The translations under genes were made by a program, and so were the position numbers. DNA of 64,000 nucleotides from a virus: IMG/VR virus record IMGVR_UViG_3300035665_003403, positions 64,001 through 128,000 of that record; one strand, written 5' to 3'. Below, piece after piece: positions 10,087 through 18,640 of the stretch. The first letter of the stretch is position 1, and each line of letters opens with the position of its first letter. The notes below the pieces were generated by a model that was not told the DNA's origin, searched no databases, and worked only from the letters and a program-made list of their open reading frames with translations.

Positions 10087-10509
10087 ATGATAATCAAAAA
10101 AAAAATATTTGAAAATATTGATATAACTGAGCTGGTTAATGCTGATGGTGGTATTATTAGTGGTGATAGAAATGCTGTTTCTAATTCCGAAATAGAAACT
10201 GGACCTGTTGATAAATCATTCAATGATAATTCAGATTATGAAAAAGGTATTTCAACAACAACAGATAGAGCATCAAGATATAGACAAGATTTACCTTGGT
10301 TAAATTCATATTATTCAGGTCAAAGCCCTTTGACTAAACAAACAATGGAAGAAACCATAAATGATTTGGTAAAAAAATCAAATAAAAAGGATGGTGAATT
10401 TGTTGATAAAAATAGTAACAACATAAAAAAAGTTACCAATTATATTGAAAACATTGATTTGACTGATGATGAAATACAAGCAATTAAGAAATATTTAGAT
10501 GAATTATAA
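10087..10509 (+). CDS. Hypothetical protein (late operon)
   Basis: ORF follows a TATTTAT motif and is TAATG-coupled to the next gene. Confidence 0.7.
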   Translation: MIIKKKIFENIDITELVNADGGIISGDRNAVSNSEIETGPVDKSFNDNSDYEKGISTTTDRASRYRQDLPWLNSYYSGQSPLTKQTMEETINDLVKKSNKKDGEFVDKNSNNIKKVTNYIENIDLTDDEIQAIKKYLDEL

Positions 10510-10961
10510 TGCCAAATTCTGAATTACAACATAAATCATTTAGTATTTCACCAGAACAAATTAAATTCTTAGGTTCTTCATCAACATATGAAGCTCTAAA
10601 GATGAAACAAAGTAGGTTAGAAGATAATAAAACTAAAAACCCAGAAGAATTTAATAAAATGGGTGGTGAAAAAACATTATCTTACGTTAAAAAAATTCTT
10701 AATCAAGAAAGAGAAACCATTTATAACCCTAAAAAAATAGCAATGGATACAGGTCTTAAAAATCAATTCAAAAAAGAACATGAAAAAGATAGAGATAACG
10801 CAAATCCAACAGCTGTAGGTGGAATTCCTAAGATGGGTAAGGGTGATTTGAATGACAAAATACTTAATAATAAAGAAGTTTATAACGAAAATTTAAATAA
10901 AAACTCAAATAAGATAAAATATCTAATTGAGTACCTAACAAAAACAACTAAAAAATTATAA
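10509..10961 (+). CDS. Hypothetical protein
   Basis: 150-aa ORF, translationally coupled. Confidence 0.7.
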   Translation: MPNSELQHKSFSISPEQIKFLGSSSTYEALKMKQSRLEDNKTKNPEEFNKMGGEKTLSYVKKILNQERETIYNPKKIAMDTGLKNQFKKEHEKDRDNANPTAVGGIPKMGKGDLNDKILNNKEVYNENLNKNSNKIKYLIEYLTKTTKKL

Positions 10962-10963
10962 CT

Positions 10964-11317
10964 ATGCCAACACCTGGAGGTCAAACACCATTAGAAGTAG
11001 CTGCAATTGCAGCTAGAAACAGCTTAATTGCAATAAACACATATAATGTAATAGCTGGTAACAATTATGGGGCAACTCACACAAGAGCATTAGCTGATAA
11101 CTTAACACCTAACTACGGAAAAGGTACTGGTGGTTACTTAGATATTCAAAACTACTTCGCTGGAAGCGAATGGGATAGAAATGGTAATCCATTGGTAGCA
11201 TTAGGTGGTGGTAGAAATCCAGCACTATCCGATAACCAATCAACTTGGGGTTATGGTCCAGCTCAAAATTATATTGCACCTAATACAAGCTTAAACGTTG
11301 GTCAAGTAATTATTTAA
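10964..11317 (+). CDS. Hypothetical G/N-rich virion protein
   Basis: 117-aa ORF in the operon with structural-protein-like composition. Confidence 0.65.
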   Translation: MPTPGGQTPLEVAAIAARNSLIAINTYNVIAGNNYGATHTRALADNLTPNYGKGTGGYLDIQNYFAGSEWDRNGNPLVALGGGRNPALSDNQSTWGYGPAQNYIAPNTSLNVGQVII

Positions 11318-11799
11318 TGCTTAAACTTTACAATATATTTAATGAGGTTATAATTGAAGAATTAACCCCTAACTTGATATTTGAATCTGTTGATATAAAC
11401 AAGGTTAATGACGCTATCAATGGAAAATATAATGTAAATATTTTGTATAGAGATTATGATGACCCAGCTATACCACCTAGTAAACGTTATATCCAAGTTT
11501 ATAATTTTGCAAAGACAAAAGGTAATGTAACTGGAGGTAATGATGCGATTAGAGCATATCAAATTTTTGGTGGAACAAAAACTAAAAATGCCACTTGGAA
11601 AATATTTAGATTAGATAGAATTGAAGGTTGGTTTCCAACAACAGTTAAGTTCAATAAACCAATTTCTGATATGGATATGTCAATACCTAAGTATAATAAT
11701 AATGGTGATAATAGTATGTCACAAGTTTATAATAAAGTAGATTTTAATAACAATACAAACAATGGAAAATCAACCATCAGCAGACCTAAACAGGCTTAG
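11317..11799 (+). CDS. WYL-domain-like protein
   Basis: ILY...KRYIQVY...IRAYQ...WKIFRLDRI pattern typical of WYL domains. Confidence 0.55.
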   Translation: MLKLYNIFNEVIIEELTPNLIFESVDINKVNDAINGKYNVNILYRDYDDPAIPPSKRYIQVYNFAKTKGNVTGGNDAIRAYQIFGGTKTKNATWKIFRLDRIEGWFPTTVKFNKPISDMDMSIPKYNNNGDNSMSQVYNKVDFNNNTNNGKSTISRPKQA

Positions 11800-12343
11800 T
11801 CATATATTAAGAGCCTCTAAGAAGGTAATGGATAAAGTTGAAACAGGTGACTTTACACCAACAGGAATCAATGCAGAATCACTGGTAACTCATGGTGAAC
11901 TTCTATCCAATTTACCAAGCAATGCACCAATAAGAACAACAAAAGCTAGTCTTTCTGAAGTAGATGAAAGAAATGCTTTGGTTAATGACAAAAACTTAAT
12001 TATGAATTCTAATTTACCAGATGTAGTGAAAAAATATATGATTGATAAACCAATTAATGTTCATGCACCAAAAAGTAAAACTAGTTTCACAAGAGAAGAT
12101 ATATTAGGTAGTGATGCCGATGAAAAACCAATGGGTATACCAAAAATCACAAATATAAAACCCAAAGCAATTACCGAAAACTACAACCCAAATATGATTA
12201 CAATCGATAAAAACGAATTGAAATCATATATACAAGAAGAAATGATTAATTCTTTATTGAAAGAAAGAGATAAGAAATTAATCGATGAAACTATCAAACG
12301 TACAATCACTACCTTGATAAAAGAAGGAAAAATGAAACGATAA
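11762..12343 (+). CDS. Hypothetical protein
   Basis: 193-aa ORF ending just before a terminator. Confidence 0.7.
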   Translation: MENQPSADLNRLSHILRASKKVMDKVETGDFTPTGINAESLVTHGELLSNLPSNAPIRTTKASLSEVDERNALVNDKNLIMNSNLPDVVKKYMIDKPINVHAPKSKTSFTREDILGSDADEKPMGIPKITNIKPKAITENYNPNMITIDKNELKSYIQEEMINSLLKERDKKLIDETIKRTITTLIKEGKMKR

Positions 12344-12345
12344 TT

Positions 12346-12372
12346 AAAACACCCATTTGGGTGTTTTTTTTT
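12346..12372 (+). terminator. Rho-independent terminator
   Basis: AAAACACCCA-tt-TGGGTGTTTT plus a T run. Confidence 0.85.
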
Positions 12373-12380
12373 ATCTAAAC

Positions 12381-12409
12381 TTTACTTAGATAAAAAATAT
12401 GATTATAAT
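12381..12409 (+). promoter_or_regulatory. Sigma70-like promoter TTTACT-N17-TATAAT
   Basis: Canonical spacing; lies upstream of ATG 12476. Confidence 0.65.
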
Positions 12410-12475
12410 TGTTTAGTAATTTGGGAATCAGATTATAAAAAAATAAAGATAAAATAATAAAATTAATTAAAGATT

Positions 12476-13738
12476 ATGGAGAACCAACAAAATATGGCCC
12501 CAGACAGTCGTAAATTTCGCATTCTTGTAGTGCCTAGCGACAGGTCTGGGGTCAGCTGAAGCTTTTTTAGAAGTACAATACCTCATATGTATCTTGAAGA
12601 AAAATATCCTGACTTATTTTCAATAGATATTGATTACGAACCAGACCTTTCAAACGATAATTTCTTAAAGCAATATGATTTGATTCATTATCATAGAACA
12701 TTAGGTTCTTATGAAACTATGGAAGATACTCTAAGGAGATTAAAATCATTTAATATCCCATCAATTATGGATATTGATGACCATTGGGCACCTGGCCAAC
12801 ATCACCCAGCATATTTAGTTATCAAGAATAATCAATTAGATAAGAAGATATTGAATAATGTCAAGTTGGCTGATAACATCACCACAACAACACCATTGTT
12901 TGCTGCTGAGATTAGCAAGGTAAATAAGAATGTATTCGTGTTACCCAATGCGATTAATCAAAATGAATCTCAGTTTATTCCATCACCAGAACAATCCAAT
13001 AGAATTAGATTTGGGTTCATTGGTGGAAGTTCCCATTTGCATGACCTAAAAATATTAAATGGTCTTGTAAATAAGCTTAAATCAGAAGGTTACATGGATA
13101 AAATACAGTTTGTATTGTGTGGTTATGATTTAAGAGGCAACATGACTGTTATAGATGAGAAGACTGGAACACAAACCCAACGTCCAATTAAACCAACTGA
13201 AAGTGTTTGGTACGAATACGAAAAAATATTCACTGACAATTATTCAACTGTAAGTCCAGAGTACAAAGAGTTTTTACTTAAATTCAAAAATGAGGAATAC
13301 CCTAACGTTGCTAACGAACCTTATAGAAGAGTTTGGACTAAGCCAATTACATCATATGCTACTGGTTATAATTTATTTGATGTTTCATTGGTACCATTAG
13401 AAGAAAATAATTTTAATTATGTAAAATCTCAATTAAAATGTGTTGAAGCTGGATTTCATAAAAAAGCTATAGTTGCTCAAAATTATGGTCCATATACAAT
13501 TGATTTAAAAAACATAATTATGTTTGGTGGTGAAATTGATAAAACTGGTAATGCGATATTGATTGATACCAAGAAAAACCATAAAGATTGGTTTACGACA
13601 ATAAAGAAATTAGTCAATAATCCAGAATTGATTAAGATTATGGGTGAAAATCTACATAAAGACATTACATCTAAATATTCTTTAGATGCTGTATCAGAAA
13701 GTAGAAAAGACTTATATTTAAACCTTATTAACAAATGA
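12476..13738 (+). CDS. GT-B fold glycosyltransferase with an in-frame TGA at 12557-12559 (recoding candidate)
   Basis: MENQQNMAPDSRKFRILVVPSDRSGVS*SFFRSTIPH is in frame with track ORF 12587-13738, which has MDIDDHW, VLPNAI, FGFIGGSSH and FNYVKSQLKCVEAG. Confidence 0.8.
12495..12554 (+). promoter_or_regulatory. GC-rich stem-loop inside the coding sequence, ending at the AGC before the TGA
   Basis: TGGCCCCAGAC (12495-12505) pairs with GTCTGGGGTCA (12544-12554). Inner pairings are GTCG/CGAC and GCAT/GTGC. Confidence 0.7.
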
Positions 13739-14004
13739 GAATATCACTTTTATTATTTCTATTTTTAATCCTTATGGGTTGTGGTGAAAAAGAATCTGAA
13801 AAACATGATAGGATTATGAGTGAATTGGTTTGCCCAGTAATTCTAATAGGCAAGACAGATAAAGCATCAGTATTACCATCAATTGTTGTTTTAGATGGTG
13901 ATGGTAGAGTTAAAACAATAAGCCAAGGTGCTGGTGATGGATATAAAATGCCATCAGCTATATCTCAAAGTAGAGAAATTGGTGATACTTTAAAAAATAA
14001 TTAG
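13735..14004 (+). CDS. Putative lipoprotein
   Basis: MRISLLLFLFLILMG-C signal peptide and lipobox. Confidence 0.7.
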   Translation: MRISLLLFLFLILMGCGEKESEKHDRIMSELVCPVILIGKTDKASVLPSIVVLDGDGRVKTISQGAGDGYKMPSAISQSREIGDTLKNN

Positions 14005-14025
14005 TACCTTTGTTAAAAATTATTT

Positions 14026-14580
14026 ATGTTAACAAAAGAAGAGATAGTAGAAAATTACAAAAAGTACGTTAGTACTGGCCAAAAAAATGGGTTTTTAACT
14101 GATGGGTTATTAGAATTTTTAGGTCCAGACCTACTTAAGGCACCAGCCTCAACAATGAAATCATTAATCAATGCATACGAGGGTGGTTTAATTGAATACC
14201 TTATGCAAGTTACTAATTATGGTATTATGATTAATAACGCATTACCAGAATCGGAAAGAGCCGATAGAAATAGCTTACTAAAAGTTTGCTTATTACACCA
14301 AATAGGTAAAGCAAAATTATACAAACCTTGTACATCTGAATGGCACAAGAACAATTTAGGTAAGATGTATGAATTTAATGAGGATTTAGTATCTATGAGG
14401 GTTGGAGAACGTTCAGTTTATTACGCTACTCAATATGGTGTATCACTTACTGAAGATGAAATGATTGCTATTATTAATCATGATAAACCAGAGGATAAGA
14501 TGAGTGAATATCACAATTCATTAGTTGGTGATATATTGAAATCAGCAATTGTATTTGCATCTAAACACTTAAAAAAATAA
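14026..14580 (+). CDS. HD-domain-like protein with degenerate catalytic motif
   Basis: APAS...NAYEGGL..Y and LLHQIGK (HQ in place of HD); E..AI..HD. A TACCTTTG box lies at 14005-14012. Confidence 0.6.
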   Translation: MLTKEEIVENYKKYVSTGQKNGFLTDGLLEFLGPDLLKAPASTMKSLINAYEGGLIEYLMQVTNYGIMINNALPESERADRNSLLKVCLLHQIGKAKLYKPCTSEWHKNNLGKMYEFNEDLVSMRVGERSVYYATQYGVSLTEDEMIAIINHDKPEDKMSEYHNSLVGDILKSAIVFASKHLKK

Positions 14581-14581
14581 T

Positions 14582-15085
14582 ATGGGAATCTTAGATTTAT
14601 TAAAATTTGGTGACTTGGATACTTTGACTGAAAAACTCAAAGTGAAGTTCAAAGTTAAGAATGTTTCGAATAATCCGATACCCAAATACGAATCAAATGG
14701 TGCCTCAGGTTTTGATATTAGAGCATTCATTGATGAACCAATTGTGTTAGAACCACAATCTTATGGTACAATACCAACTGGATTATATTTTGATATACCA
14801 GCTAATTTTGAGTTGCAGCTTCGTCCTAGAAGTGGATTAGCATCTAAATTTGGGGTTACCGTATTAAATTCACCAGCAACTATCGATAGTGACTACATTG
14901 GCCAAGTAATGGTAATCCTGATTAATCATGGTAAAGAACCATTTACAATAAATTCTGGGGATAGAATTGCTCAAGGTGTATTTGCTCCATCACCAACCAA
15001 TATGTTTGATATCGTGTCAGTTAAAGAAATAAATAAAATAACTGATAGGGGTGAAAACGGATTAGGAAGCACTGGAATAAAATAA
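14582..15085 (+). CDS. dut: dUTPase (trimeric)
   Basis: ASGFDIRA, RPRSGLA, NSPATIDSDYIG, GDRIAQ, RGENGLGSTG motifs. Confidence 0.95.
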   Translation: MGILDLLKFGDLDTLTEKLKVKFKVKNVSNNPIPKYESNGASGFDIRAFIDEPIVLEPQSYGTIPTGLYFDIPANFELQLRPRSGLASKFGVTVLNSPATIDSDYIGQVMVILINHGKEPFTINSGDRIAQGVFAPSPTNMFDIVSVKEINKITDRGENGLGSTGIK

Positions 15086-15086
15086 A

Positions 15087-15118
15087 TTTGTTTTTATTGA
15101 TTTAATTTCGTATTTTTG
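15087..15118 (+). promoter_or_regulatory. Bacteroidota consensus promoter TTTG-N20-TATTTTTG
   Basis: Both the -33 and -7 elements are present with correct spacing, 10 nt before ATG 15129. Confidence 0.7.
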
Positions 15119-15128
15119 TTAAAAAAAG

Positions 15129-15374
15129 ATGAATATGCTAACAATATTAACACCCGAAGTTATAGCCAAATTGAACTATTTGGTATTGGTTTCTTTAAAA
15201 GACGAGTTAAGTTTTCTATTATTGGATATAAGTGAACTCACAAACAATAATGATGAAATCGAAATCATTGAATACGAAGTAAACAGGAATTTAAACAATA
15301 TACTTGAAGGAATATCTAAATTTGAAAAACAACCAATAGAAAAAACTATTGTCGGTAATATTTGTTTAAATTAA
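15129..15374 (+). CDS. Hypothetical protein
   Basis: 81-aa ORF after a promoter. Confidence 0.6.
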   Translation: MNMLTILTPEVIAKLNYLVLVSLKDELSFLLLDISELTNNNDEIEIIEYEVNRNLNNILEGISKFEKQPIEKTIVGNICLN

Positions 15375-15508
15375 CCTTGTCCATTATAACGTTTTTTGTA
15401 TAATGTTGCTTTTTTATTTTTAGAAGTTTTAGTTTTAGCGTGAACACCCTTATTTTTCTTTTGGGGTTTATCTTTCCTAATAACTGTAGTGTTTTTAACT
15501 GTTGCCAT
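15371..15508 (-). CDS. 45-aa highly basic protein (not in ORF track)
   Basis: MATVKNTTVIRKDKPQKKNKGVHAKTKTSKNKKATLYKKRYNGQG; TATTTAT motif at 15522-15528 on its sense strand. Confidence 0.75.
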   Translation of the reverse strand: MATVKNTTVIRKDKPQKKNKGVHAKTKTSKNKKATLYKKRYNGQG

Positions 15509-15539
15509 AATAACTTTATTAATAAATATAATCAAATCA

Positions 15540-15755
15540 ATGAAAACTAAAATAACTATAGATTTTGATAGTGAAAGAGATAATCAAATAATTTTAATGA
15601 AAGAACCCAGCGATGAAAAACCAGATTTGGTTGCTGACATTATTGGCACATGTGCTGCGTTATGTGAGCTAATTGATTATGGTTCCACAAATAAAATAGT
15701 AGATAAAGAGGGTTCAATATTAGCTGCTATCAAAAGTCTTAACCAATTAAGATAA
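15540..15755 (+). CDS. Hypothetical protein (start revised to ATG 15540)
   Basis: MKTKITIDFDSER...; TAATG-coupled to the next gene. Confidence 0.6.
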   Translation: MKTKITIDFDSERDNQIILMKEPSDEKPDLVADIIGTCAALCELIDYGSTNKIVDKEGSILAAIKSLNQLR

Positions 15756-16315
15756 TGTTTAAAAAAATAATAAAAGAAAAGTTAAATTCATTTTTAATGG
15801 AAGGTCATAAACGAGAATTTGGTTGTGTCATGCTAGATATTGATGTTGATAAAACCAAATGGAATAAATTAATTGAATCAATTGATGAATCTGATTTATA
15901 TGAGGGTGAATCAAAAAAAGATAAGGGTGAATTTGGTGTTGAAAAACAACAACATATAACTATATTATTTGGGCTGCATTCCTCAGTAAAGGATTCTGAA
16001 GTCAATGAAATATTGGATAAGATTGAAACAATTGATTTTGATTTAACGAAGATTTCTATATTTGAAACAGATGAATTTGATGTTTTAAAATATGACGTTG
16101 TTAGTTCAGATTTGAAAAAATGGAATAAAGAATTATCTAAATTAGATAACACAAATGAATTTGATTACCACCCACATGCAACTATAGCTTATTTAAAAAA
16201 GGGAAGTGGTAAAAAATATATTCAGACTTTAAAAATGGAAGCCAAACCAGAAAGATTACACTACAGTAAAACAGATGGTACCGATAAATTTTACCCAATA
16301 AAAAAACATGAATAA
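15755..16315 (+). CDS. 2H phosphoesterase, Acb1 (T4 57B)-like
   Basis: Two HxT motifs: QHITILFG and YHPHATIAY. Confidence 0.75.
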   Translation: MFKKIIKEKLNSFLMEGHKREFGCVMLDIDVDKTKWNKLIESIDESDLYEGESKKDKGEFGVEKQQHITILFGLHSSVKDSEVNEILDKIETIDFDLTKISIFETDEFDVLKYDVVSSDLKKWNKELSKLDNTNEFDYHPHATIAYLKKGSGKKYIQTLKMEAKPERLHYSKTDGTDKFYPIKKHE

Positions 16316-16712
16316 AGAAACTGCAACACATAGCTTCACTGTATTTCCAAATGATTTAAATTATTTTGGGACACTATATGGTGGTACACTTATGTCACAC
16401 ATGGATTTAGCAGGTGTTCAAGTTGTTAGACGAGCAACTTATGGTACTGGTGCTGATGGTTGTGTAACTGCATCAGTGGATAAGATTGACTTTCATAGAC
16501 CAGCATTCTTAGGTGATTTAATTGTGTTGGTTGCCACCATAAAAACAATTGGTAAGTCATCTATCCAAGTACAAATTAAGGTTACTAGAGAAAGTACAAT
16601 TGGTGAAACAGAAGAGATTTGTACAGCCAACTTTACTTTTGTAACAATGAAAGATAAAAAACCATTTAAACATAATTTAACATTTGAAAAATTAACCAAT
16701 GGAGAACTTTGA
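16308..16712 (+). CDS. Acyl-CoA thioesterase (hotdog fold, YciA-like)
   Basis: VFPNDLNYFGTLYGG..MD.AG, CVTASVDKIDF..P..LGD, GKSSIQV. Confidence 0.9.
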   Translation: MNKETATHSFTVFPNDLNYFGTLYGGTLMSHMDLAGVQVVRRATYGTGADGCVTASVDKIDFHRPAFLGDLIVLVATIKTIGKSSIQVQIKVTRESTIGETEEICTANFTFVTMKDKKPFKHNLTFEKLTNGEL

Positions 16713-16872
16713 AAGGAAAACATTTGAAGAGTTATATGAAAACTATATTCATGACAGAACTTATTTCACTCCAACAATGGATGATATAATTAAATTAAAT
16801 ATTGTTTTTGAAAACATAGACAAATTCACAGTACAACAAATATCAGATTTTTTTGAATCAAATGGAAAATAA
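16699..16872 (+). CDS. 57-aa hypothetical protein (not in ORF track)
   Basis: MENFERKTFEELYENYIHDRTYF...; fills the gap and overlaps both neighbours. Confidence 0.55.
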   Translation: MENFERKTFEELYENYIHDRTYFTPTMDDIIKLNIVFENIDKFTVQQISDFFESNGK

Positions 16873-17170
16873 ATATTACAAACCACTTCCTAGTTATTTG
16901 ACAATAAAACCATCCCCAATTGAAGGGTTAGGTTTATTTGCAACAGAATTTATACCAAACGGTAAAGTTTTCGGGATAACCCATGTCAAAGATAAAAGAT
17001 TTCCAGATGGATATATTAGGACAGCCTTAGGGTCGTTTTTTAATCATAGTGAAAACCCCAATTGTAAATTAATTCATACTAGAGATTTTATCCTTATAGA
17101 ATCAATAATGGATATTCAACCATCTGAGGAAATTACTGCTCTATATTCTTTATACGACCCAACTAAATAA
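16862..17170 (+). CDS. SET-domain protein-lysine methyltransferase-like
   Basis: SPIEGLGLFATEFIP.G, FNHSENPNC and DIQPSEEITALY SET motifs. Confidence 0.85.
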   Translation: MENKYYKPLPSYLTIKPSPIEGLGLFATEFIPNGKVFGITHVKDKRFPDGYIRTALGSFFNHSENPNCKLIHTRDFILIESIMDIQPSEEITALYSLYDPTK

Positions 17171-17173
17171 TTA

Positions 17174-17491
17174 ATGGAAATACAAGACATTATGAAAACC
17201 TTGGCAAAGAAATGGATTTCAACAACGATGGAGTATAATAAAACACAAGATTTGTGTTATGTTGATTTACAAACAATGGCAAAAAGCCACTTATATTTGT
17301 ATGAGGATGGTACGTTGCATGGTAGATACGACTATCAGAAAAAAATAGATTTAAGTAAGAGTGAAGATGAAATAATAACAGAACTATGTAATGAGTTCAA
17401 TAATGCATTACATGGTAGAAATTACTGTCAAGAAGCGTGGGCTGAGCTATGCCGTTCAAAAGGGGTGGTTCTTAAAATGTACGGAATGTAA
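17174..17491 (+). CDS. Hypothetical protein
   Basis: 105-aa ORF in the operon. Confidence 0.65.
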   Translation: MEIQDIMKTLAKKWISTTMEYNKTQDLCYVDLQTMAKSHLYLYEDGTLHGRYDYQKKIDLSKSEDEIITELCNEFNNALHGRNYCQEAWAELCRSKGVVLKMYGM

Positions 17492-17502
17492 CATTAATTT
17501 TA

Positions 17503-17534
17503 TTGACTTATTTAATTAAAATGATTACATTTAA
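17503..17534 (+). promoter_or_regulatory. Promoter TTGACT-N17-TACATT heading the glycan cluster
   Basis: 30/32 identical to the element at 51403-51434 (-). Confidence 0.7.
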
Positions 17535-17548
17535 CCAAATCAAAAAGT

Positions 17549-18640
17549 ATGATAAGCATTATATGTTCAACACAATATCCATTAGATGGGTTTAAAGAAG
17601 AAATAATAAAATCCTCTGGATTAAAAGATAAGGTAGAGTTCCTGGAATACATAAACAATGATGAATTTTCTTTGACTGAGATATATAATCGTGGTCTAAA
17701 AGAATCTAAGTATGATATCTGTGTGTTCTTGCATAATGATATCATCATGAATTCATCATCATGGGCTGGTAAGCTTCTAAAGCATTTTGAAAGAAACCCA
17801 GACTACGGAATCATTGGTGTAGCTGGAACTAAATACATGGCCCCAAGTGGTATGTGGTGGGAAGACACTAGAAAGATGTATGGAAGGGTTGGTCATATGC
17901 ATGAGGGTAAGACCTGGATTTCTAAATACAGTGATGATTTAGGGTCTTCAATTGAAGAGGTGTTGGTTGTTGATGGTGTATTCTTTGCTGTTCACAAAAA
18001 TAGAATCAAAAAAAACTTTGATGAATCATTCAAAGGGTTTCACTTTTATGATGTTGATTTTTCTTTCTCAAATTATTTAGCTGGTGTTAAGGTTGGTGTT
18101 ATTACCAACATTCGATTAACTCATAAGTCAATTGGTATGACCAATGAAAAATGGGATAAAAATAAAGCTCAGTTTGTTGATAAGTTCAACGATGAATTAC
18201 CCAAGTCAATCAAAAGAGTTCTGCGTAAGAATGAAAAACTAAAAGTCATCTTAGCTGTTCCATCAGAAAATACCGATAACGATTATTATCTATCATTAAT
18301 CAAGGCATATAAGAATGAATTATCATTTACAGCATATGGTCAGTTATCAACTGAATTGAGAAATGTGTGTAACAAGAATGGTATTAAGATTTATGATATA
18401 AAAGAACCACCTAATTTCAAAATGGGTGATGGTCAATGGGTTTTGAATACCGCTAATGGCCCTATTACTTCAGTAGTTAACACACTTTATAAAGTAAATG
18501 ATATGAGATATGATATCATACATATGAGTGATGAACTTCTTAAAGAACATGTTAATAAGTTATATCCAACAACACCAATTATAAGTGGTAAATTACCTAT
18601 CGAAGTAATCAAAGATGAATATTGTGAAGTTATTGAATAA
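17549..18640 (+). CDS. GT2-like glycosyltransferase
   Basis: SLTEIYNRG, VFLHNDI, GIIGVAG, VVDGVF, FDESF.GFHFYDVD. Confidence 0.85.
   Translation: MISIICSTQYPLDGFKEEIIKSSGLKDKVEFLEYINNDEFSLTEIYNRGLKESKYDICVFLHNDIIMNSSSWAGKLLKHFERNPDYGIIGVAGTKYMAPSGMWWEDTRKMYGRVGHMHEGKTWISKYSDDLGSSIEEVLVVDGVFFAVHKNRIKKNFDESFKGFHFYDVDFSFSNYLAGVKVGVITNIRLTHKSIGMTNEKWDKNKAQFVDKFNDELPKSIKRVLRKNEKLKVILAVPSENTDNDYYLSLIKAYKNELSFTAYGQLSTELRNVCNKNGIKIYDIKEPPNFKMGDGQWVLNTANGPITSVVNTLYKVNDMRYDIIHMSDELLKEHVNKLYPTTPIISGKLPIEVIKDEYCEVIE

Noticed and set aside
10038-10223. N-terminal 62 aa of the 752-aa track ORF
   Set aside because: It overlaps the divergent gene at 10087 and the promoter motifs; ATG 10037 is the better start.
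12557-12559. Selenocysteine or simple readthrough at the in-frame TGA
   Set aside because: No convincing SECIS-like hairpin 3' of the TGA, and decoding it would leave two extra residues in the motif. Disfavoured, not excluded.
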